Source: an uncultured Gammaproteobacteria bacterium (GTDB lineage Bacteria > Patescibacteriota > Microgenomatia > Levybacterales > GWA1-39-11). Taken from it: a stretch of 64,000 nucleotides of DNA. Position 1 is the first letter of the stretch. Every line of letters starts with the position of its first letter. Made by a program: the position numbers and the translations under genes. This document shows positions 59,779 through 64,000 of this stretch, in pieces. Under the pieces are notes generated by a model. The model had not been told where the DNA came from, made no database searches, and was given only the letters and a program-made list of their open reading frames with translations. The stretch lies in NCBI GenBank assembly GCA_964531275.1, contig CAZHDZ010000005.1, positions 12,545-76,544 of the forward strand. Direction: 5' to 3'.

Positions 59779-60255
59779 ATGGTAGAGTTTTCCCTAGAAC
59801 TCGCAGCTGCCGTAGCTTATGAAGCCCATTTAGGGCAAGTAGATAAAGCCGGTGTAGAATACATCAATCATCCAATGGGAGTTATGGACCTAGTTCAGGG
59901 CCACGACACCAAGCTTCTGGCTATAATTCACGATGTTGTAGAAGATTCTCCTACAACTTTTGAAGATCTTTTAGAAATGGGGTGCCCCACGCATATAATT
60001 GATGCATTAAGACTTGTCACACATGAGCCTGATTTTGATGGGTCACATGCAGCATACTTTAGAAAGATACAAAAAATTGCTGGTTCTGGCAACCAGCTAG
60101 CAATCGATTTAAAATTTGCAGATCTTACCCACAATACAAATGTCACAAGAATAAATGGTAACCCTACAGAAAGAGACTATACCAGGTGGGCAAAGTATGA
60201 AATCTCAAAAGCTATTCTCCGCCCTCTTGTAAGTGGATATCTTCTTGAGATTTAA
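59779..60255 (+). CDS. Small alarmone hydrolase-like HD-domain protein ((p)ppGpp hydrolase, RelA/SpoT HD family)
   Basis: AYEAHLGQVDKAGVEYINHPMGV and AIIHDVVEDS match the RSH hydrolase motifs (HxGQ.R..G.PYI.HP, HDV.EDT). Confidence 0.7.
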   Translation: MVEFSLELAAAVAYEAHLGQVDKAGVEYINHPMGVMDLVQGHDTKLLAIIHDVVEDSPTTFEDLLEMGCPTHIIDALRLVTHEPDFDGSHAAYFRKIQKIAGSGNQLAIDLKFADLTHNTNVTRINGNPTERDYTRWAKYEISKAILRPLVSGYLLEI

Positions 60256-60329
60256 TAATTTAAGTTCAAAAGTTTTATATTAAAGTTTGAAAAACATCTT
60301 ATAGTATGTTATAATTTACAGCTTTTTGA

Positions 60330-61090
60330 ATTCATGCTCAATCCGTGTGATAGAGAAAAGCGTACATTTACAAGGAATCCATACAAGGCTTTCTCATTGG
60401 AGAGATATCGTCTCTGACGAGAAAGCCTTTGTATCCGATACTGACAAAGGTGGAGGAAGTTCATGCCAGAAAAGCGGTGTAGGCTGCTTATTGTGGGATG
60501 CGCTATTATAGCGATCATCCTTGCGACTATTGTCATGCAGGACTCACCTGCGGGGAATGAGAAAGAAGTTGATGTCGAAGACATCTACGCAACCCTCATC
60601 CCAGAACCACCACGCCAACTCACAGGTACGTACTGTGACCAGCTGCGCCAATATGTGCCGCAGGACGAAGCTGAAGCCATGAAATGGGCGGAAGCACTCA
60701 TTCGCGGCAACGCGAAGGGGCGCATCCTCATCATGAGGTTCATCTGCGGCAAAGACGACAAGGCCATTTATGGCTTTGCAATCCATCCCGGAGATGAGAT
60801 TGTAACCCTCATCCCCGCTCGCGGGGAAGTAATGGGTGCAACCGTCGAAATGACACTGCTTGACGGCTACGTCATATCCGGGACTACAACAAGAAGATCT
60901 AAGCCGGGCCAGAAGCCCGTGCCCGAGATTATTCTCGTCGCTGGCGGACCAGGCAAGGTCATCGGTACATCCTACGTTGTCAGCTTTCTGAGCGACGACA
61001 AATATCGGTAAGGATTTCATTGCTGCAAATGGGGTACCCTCAAGGGTGCGGCACTTCGGACTTTCCGAGGAAAACCCCACTTACTAAATT
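60330..61090 (+). other. High-GC island 2 (about 0.75 kb, visibly about 55% GC, clearly above flanking DNA near one-third GC) carrying one gene
   Basis: Composition shift relative to the flanks. A GC-rich hairpin (ttcggactttccgagg) follows the gene. Confidence 0.7.
60463..61011 (+). CDS. Foreign-composition hypothetical membrane-anchored protein
   Basis: N-terminal hydrophobic segment (LLIVGCAIIAIILATIVM; possible lipobox IVGC). Strong SD aaaggtggagg. High-GC codon usage. Confidence 0.5.
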   Translation: MPEKRCRLLIVGCAIIAIILATIVMQDSPAGNEKEVDVEDIYATLIPEPPRQLTGTYCDQLRQYVPQDEAEAMKWAEALIRGNAKGRILIMRFICGKDDKAIYGFAIHPGDEIVTLIPARGEVMGATVEMTLLDGYVISGTTTRRSKPGQKPVPEIILVAGGPGKVIGTSYVVSFLSDDKYR

Positions 61091-61124
61091 TCATTCACCT
61101 TTTGAATTCTGATACACTGTATAT

Positions 61125-61712
61125 ATGAATAAGTTGAAAATAGCTCTAATAATCCTTTTCCCTATCTTAGCAATAGGGGTGCTAGGGTTTTTCCTATCCT
61201 CTGCATTCAAACAAAAATACAACGATAGAGCAGTGATTGAAAAAATTAGGAATCTAAATCGTTGGGAAACAGCTTCTTATTCAATCGAAAAGATAATTGA
61301 TAAAGGGGAGAGTGGAAATGTCTTTCAAAGAGTTCTTTTTGGGAATAGAATTCTTCTAATTGCTCATGGGGAAGTCGTAGGCGGCTTTGATTTTGCAAAT
61401 CTAACTGAAGATAGTGTAAAAGTTGAAGGTAAATCAATTGTGATCAATTTCCCTCCTCCAGCAATACTTTCAACAAGCCTTAACGAATCCGAAACGCGTG
61501 TATATGATAGACAGCAAGGTCTTCTCGTAGGATCAGATAATAATTTAGAAAGCGATGCCAGAATCGAGGCTGTGAATGCAATACGAGCAGCTGCATGCAG
61601 TGGTGGGATACTTACAACTGCAGGTGAAAACGGACGAAAACAAATAACATCAATATTGACTGCATTTGGATTTGAAAAGATTACTGTCAACATCCCAGGT
61701 GGGAGTTGTTAG
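61125..61712 (+). CDS. DUF4230-like membrane-anchored protein
   Basis: N-terminal TM and ~180-aa extracytoplasmic domain. Pattern is reminiscent of DUF4230. Confidence 0.45.
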   Translation: MNKLKIALIILFPILAIGVLGFFLSSAFKQKYNDRAVIEKIRNLNRWETASYSIEKIIDKGESGNVFQRVLFGNRILLIAHGEVVGGFDFANLTEDSVKVEGKSIVINFPPPAILSTSLNESETRVYDRQQGLLVGSDNNLESDARIEAVNAIRAAACSGGILTTAGENGRKQITSILTAFGFEKITVNIPGGSC

Positions 61713-61715
61713 GGG

Positions 61716-62324
61716 TTAGGCTTCTTTTACGACTTTCTTCTTTGCCTTTGGCTTTTTAACTTCAACTTCTTCAGCCTGAACTTCTTCTAGAGGCATTTCT
61801 TCAGCTTCTACTTCTTCTGTAATAGCCTCAACATTTTTTTCTTTCTTAGGAGACTTTGGAGTAGGAGCGAGTAGCTCTAAAATTTTATCTAACTTTGCGT
61901 TTATATCATTAAGTGCTTGTGAGCTTTGGTTTGTTGTGCTTCTCGGATCTCCGCCTTTTGCCTCAAAACAATTGCTGCAAAGGGTTTCTTTACCTTCTCG
62001 TGGGGCGAATGGCACGCGGCATTTATTTCCACAGTTATCACAGGTAGCATCAAACATCGGTCGATCTTGGGAGCTTCTGCCTCTATCTCCTCTATCTCTT
62101 GAGAAATTGCTTCTTCCTCCATCGCGGGAATCCTGTGGTGAATTTTTCTTAAAACAATCTCTGCAGTAGACAGGTCTACCATTAGAAGGTCTAAATGGAA
62201 TTTCACATGATTTTCCGCAATCTGCGCAAGTCGCCTTGAACATTTCTCGGTCACCACCAAAGCCACCTCTATCATTGTAGCTGGTACGTCCTCTTGAATT
62301 GTTATCTCGTCCGAAATTTCCCAT
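61716..62324 (-). CDS. Basic protein with two CxxC-x17-CxxC zinc-ribbon units, RG/RS-rich linker and Lys-rich C-terminus (putative nucleic-acid-binding)
   Basis: FKATCADCGKSCEIPFRPSNGRPVYCRDCF and FDATCDNCGNKCRVPFAPREGKETLCSNCF; GDRGRSSQDR; ...KKPKAKKKVVKEA. Confidence 0.5.
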   Translation of the reverse strand: MGNFGRDNNSRGRTSYNDRGGFGGDREMFKATCADCGKSCEIPFRPSNGRPVYCRDCFKKNSPQDSRDGGRSNFSRDRGDRGRSSQDRPMFDATCDNCGNKCRVPFAPREGKETLCSNCFEAKGGDPRSTTNQSSQALNDINAKLDKILELLAPTPKSPKKEKNVEAITEEVEAEEMPLEEVQAEEVEVKKPKAKKKVVKEA

Positions 62325-62344
62325 GAAGCTTATTATAGCAGACT

Positions 62345-63463
62345 CTAGGATGAAATGGGCAGGCGCTTTGTAATTTCATTCAAAAGAGCCTCAATGCCAT
62401 TGCCATTTTTAGCGCTTATGAAGGTTGGTGAGAATTCTTTATACTGTTCTAGTATCTGCTCTTTGTCTGACTTTAAGTCTTCTGATTTATTAAAAACGTA
62501 CATAACGTGTTCTCTTTTTATTTTTAGATCACCAAATATTTGCTCGACTGTAATTATTTTTGATTCCATTTGAGGATCACTACAATCAATCACATGAAGA
62601 ACAACGTCTGCATGGATTGTCTCAAGCAACGTAGACTTAAAAGCATCAATTAGCTCGGGGGGTAAATTTTTAATAAAACCTATGGTGTCGGATATATATA
62701 CTTCACGTTGAGCACTTTTTAGATAAAATTTATTAACAGTGCTATCAAGAGTTGCAAAAAGAGCATTTTTTACTAGGTCATGTTGTCCTGATAAACGATT
62801 AAATAGAGTAGTCTTTCCTGCATTTGTATAGCCAACAAGGGATATTGTAGGCGCTCCCAATTGTCTTCTATGATTAATTTGTCCTAATTTTTGTTTTGAT
62901 AGGACTGCTAATTCCTCTTGGATTTTATGCTTTTCATTTTTCCAATGTCGAAGCATAAGCTCCGTGTTTGTTTCACCGGCACCTTTTGCCCCAATTCCCG
63001 CTGCCTGATTTGAAAGCTCCATGCCCATACCATAAATTCTTGGACCCATTTGTCTTAATTTCGCAAACTTTATTTGCAGTTTTGCTTCCATGGTTGCTGC
63101 ATTCTTTGAGAATATCTCAAGAATCAGACTAACCCTATCCCAAACAACAATATTAGGATTTGCCTTTTGAAAGGCCAACAGAAGTTCATGAATTTGTCCT
63201 GGCTTTATTGCAACATTTATAACTACAACGTCGATTTCTTTTTCTTTTATTACTTCAAGTGCCTCGGTTACTTTTCCATGTCCAATAAATGTGCCAGATG
63301 CGCCGCGTGTTTGATTTTGGACGAGGGCTGCTTCGACCGTTCCTCCATATGTTGTAACAAGACTCTCCACTTCTTCAAAATCTGAATACATTTCTTCTTT
63401 GTCAGCTCTAGGATCGGAAAGCCCTACAAGCATAAAACGAGGGATTTTGTGTGGTATGAACAT
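62345..63463 (-). CDS. hflX: GTPase HflX
   Basis: G1 GYTNAGKTTLFNRLSG, G3 DTIGFIKNLPPELIDAFKSTLLE (HflX-specific), and the HflX N-terminal domain. Start placed at MFIPHK (63463), abutting the upstream stop. Confidence 0.85.
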   Translation of the reverse strand: MFIPHKIPRFMLVGLSDPRADKEEMYSDFEEVESLVTTYGGTVEAALVQNQTRGASGTFIGHGKVTEALEVIKEKEIDVVVINVAIKPGQIHELLLAFQKANPNIVVWDRVSLILEIFSKNAATMEAKLQIKFAKLRQMGPRIYGMGMELSNQAAGIGAKGAGETNTELMLRHWKNEKHKIQEELAVLSKQKLGQINHRRQLGAPTISLVGYTNAGKTTLFNRLSGQHDLVKNALFATLDSTVNKFYLKSAQREVYISDTIGFIKNLPPELIDAFKSTLLETIHADVVLHVIDCSDPQMESKIITVEQIFGDLKIKREHVMYVFNKSEDLKSDKEQILEQYKEFSPTFISAKNGNGIEALLNEITKRLPISS

Positions 63464-63464
63464 G

Positions 63465-63998
63465 TTATTTATTATACTCGTATAAATAAATCTTATCTTT
63501 GCACTTTGAGTATTTCCAATTAGGAAACGTATAAAAATTGGAAAGCACACGAGCTCCATTTTTAAGTTCTTTGAGTAATTTCTTTTCCAAAGGTGCCATT
63601 ATGTCAGGCATAGGATATATCACGATAACATCATAGTGCGAAAGATCTGCATCCCAGAAATCCTCATTCTTGATGGATATTTTTTTCTCAAGTTTTTCTT
63701 TTACTATTTCTTGTTGTGAGATTCCAAGAAGTTTTTCATCTAACTCGTAGCCTGTGACATGTGCGCCTATTTTGCCAAAGGCAATTGAGATTCGACCATC
63801 TCCAGATCCAAGATCTGCTACTAATTCATTTTCAGAAATTCCAGAAAGCGCGACCATAGCGGCAACTCTATATCGCGATGTCTTAAAGTAGGGGATGCGT
63901 GGGATTTGTATTGTTATGACATTATAGCAGCCTATCTTAAAGCCATGAGCATTACTTATGAATGATATACTTATTGTTCTTGATGACATCAATAACAA
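63465..63998 (-). CDS. Class I SAM-dependent methyltransferase
   Basis: Motif I VADLGSGDGRISIAF, ...GYELDE..., motif IV DVIVIYPMP. Confidence 0.6.
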   Translation of the reverse strand: MLLMSSRTISISFISNAHGFKIGCYNVITIQIPRIPYFKTSRYRVAAMVALSGISENELVADLGSGDGRISIAFGKIGAHVTGYELDEKLLGISQQEIVKEKLEKKISIKNEDFWDADLSHYDVIVIYPMPDIMAPLEKKLLKELKNGARVLSNFYTFPNWKYSKCKDKIYLYEYNK

Positions 63999-64000
63999 CT

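Noticed and set aside
1-64000. tRNA, rRNA, tmRNA, RNase P or SRP RNA genes
   Set aside because: No intergenic stretch shows a tRNA-sized GC-rich cloverleaf pattern or rRNA-like conserved blocks that I could recognise by eye. The only non-coding candidates are the repeated elements reported above. A tRNAscan/Infernal run is needed to be sure.

Overview
AT-rich, gene-dense bacterial chromosome segment with a standard genetic code; genes are long and closely packed. Its content (short 150-aa EF-Ts, free-standing four-helix-bundle protein, CofE-like protein, many orphan membrane-anchored or Cys-rich surface proteins, patchy purine and carbohydrate genes, no pyrH in the rpsB-tsf-frr locus) points to a small-genome, probably CPR/Patescibacteria-like organism. 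This is inference only; no rRNA or tRNA genes were seen. The order along the window is as follows. (1) A ~10 kb block of secreted and surface proteins, including two with C-terminal dockerin Ca-loop repeats, three with cohesin-like modules, a vWA protein and Cys-rich repeat proteins, interrupted only by glyA. (2) A translation and housekeeping core: rpsB-tsf-orf-rseP-frr, recR, purB, FKBP, trhO, alkD-like, crp, NMNAT, ABC-F. (3) Transporters and sugar genes: mgtE, a CorA-like protein, a GH15-like::ROK-kinase fusion, a GH63/37-like hydrolase, a GlpX-like protein and an FAD oxidase. (4) A two-component system (OmpR-type RR, GAF histidine kinase) downstream of an unusually long, repeat-rich intergenic region. 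(5) Two sharply bounded high-GC single-gene islands (about 56.44-57.53 kb and 60.33-61.09 kb) embedded in low-GC DNA, each next to a paralogous single-domain response regulator. (6) hflX and a methyltransferase at the end. The non-coding observations I would look at first are these: a family of at least three homologous ~60-120 nt intergenic elements placed directly after stop codons; an exact 16-mer shared between the hxlR upstream region and an 88-bp duplicated repeat upstream of the response regulator; a recurring CTAAACCC motif abutting -35 hexamers; and several perfect tandem duplications.
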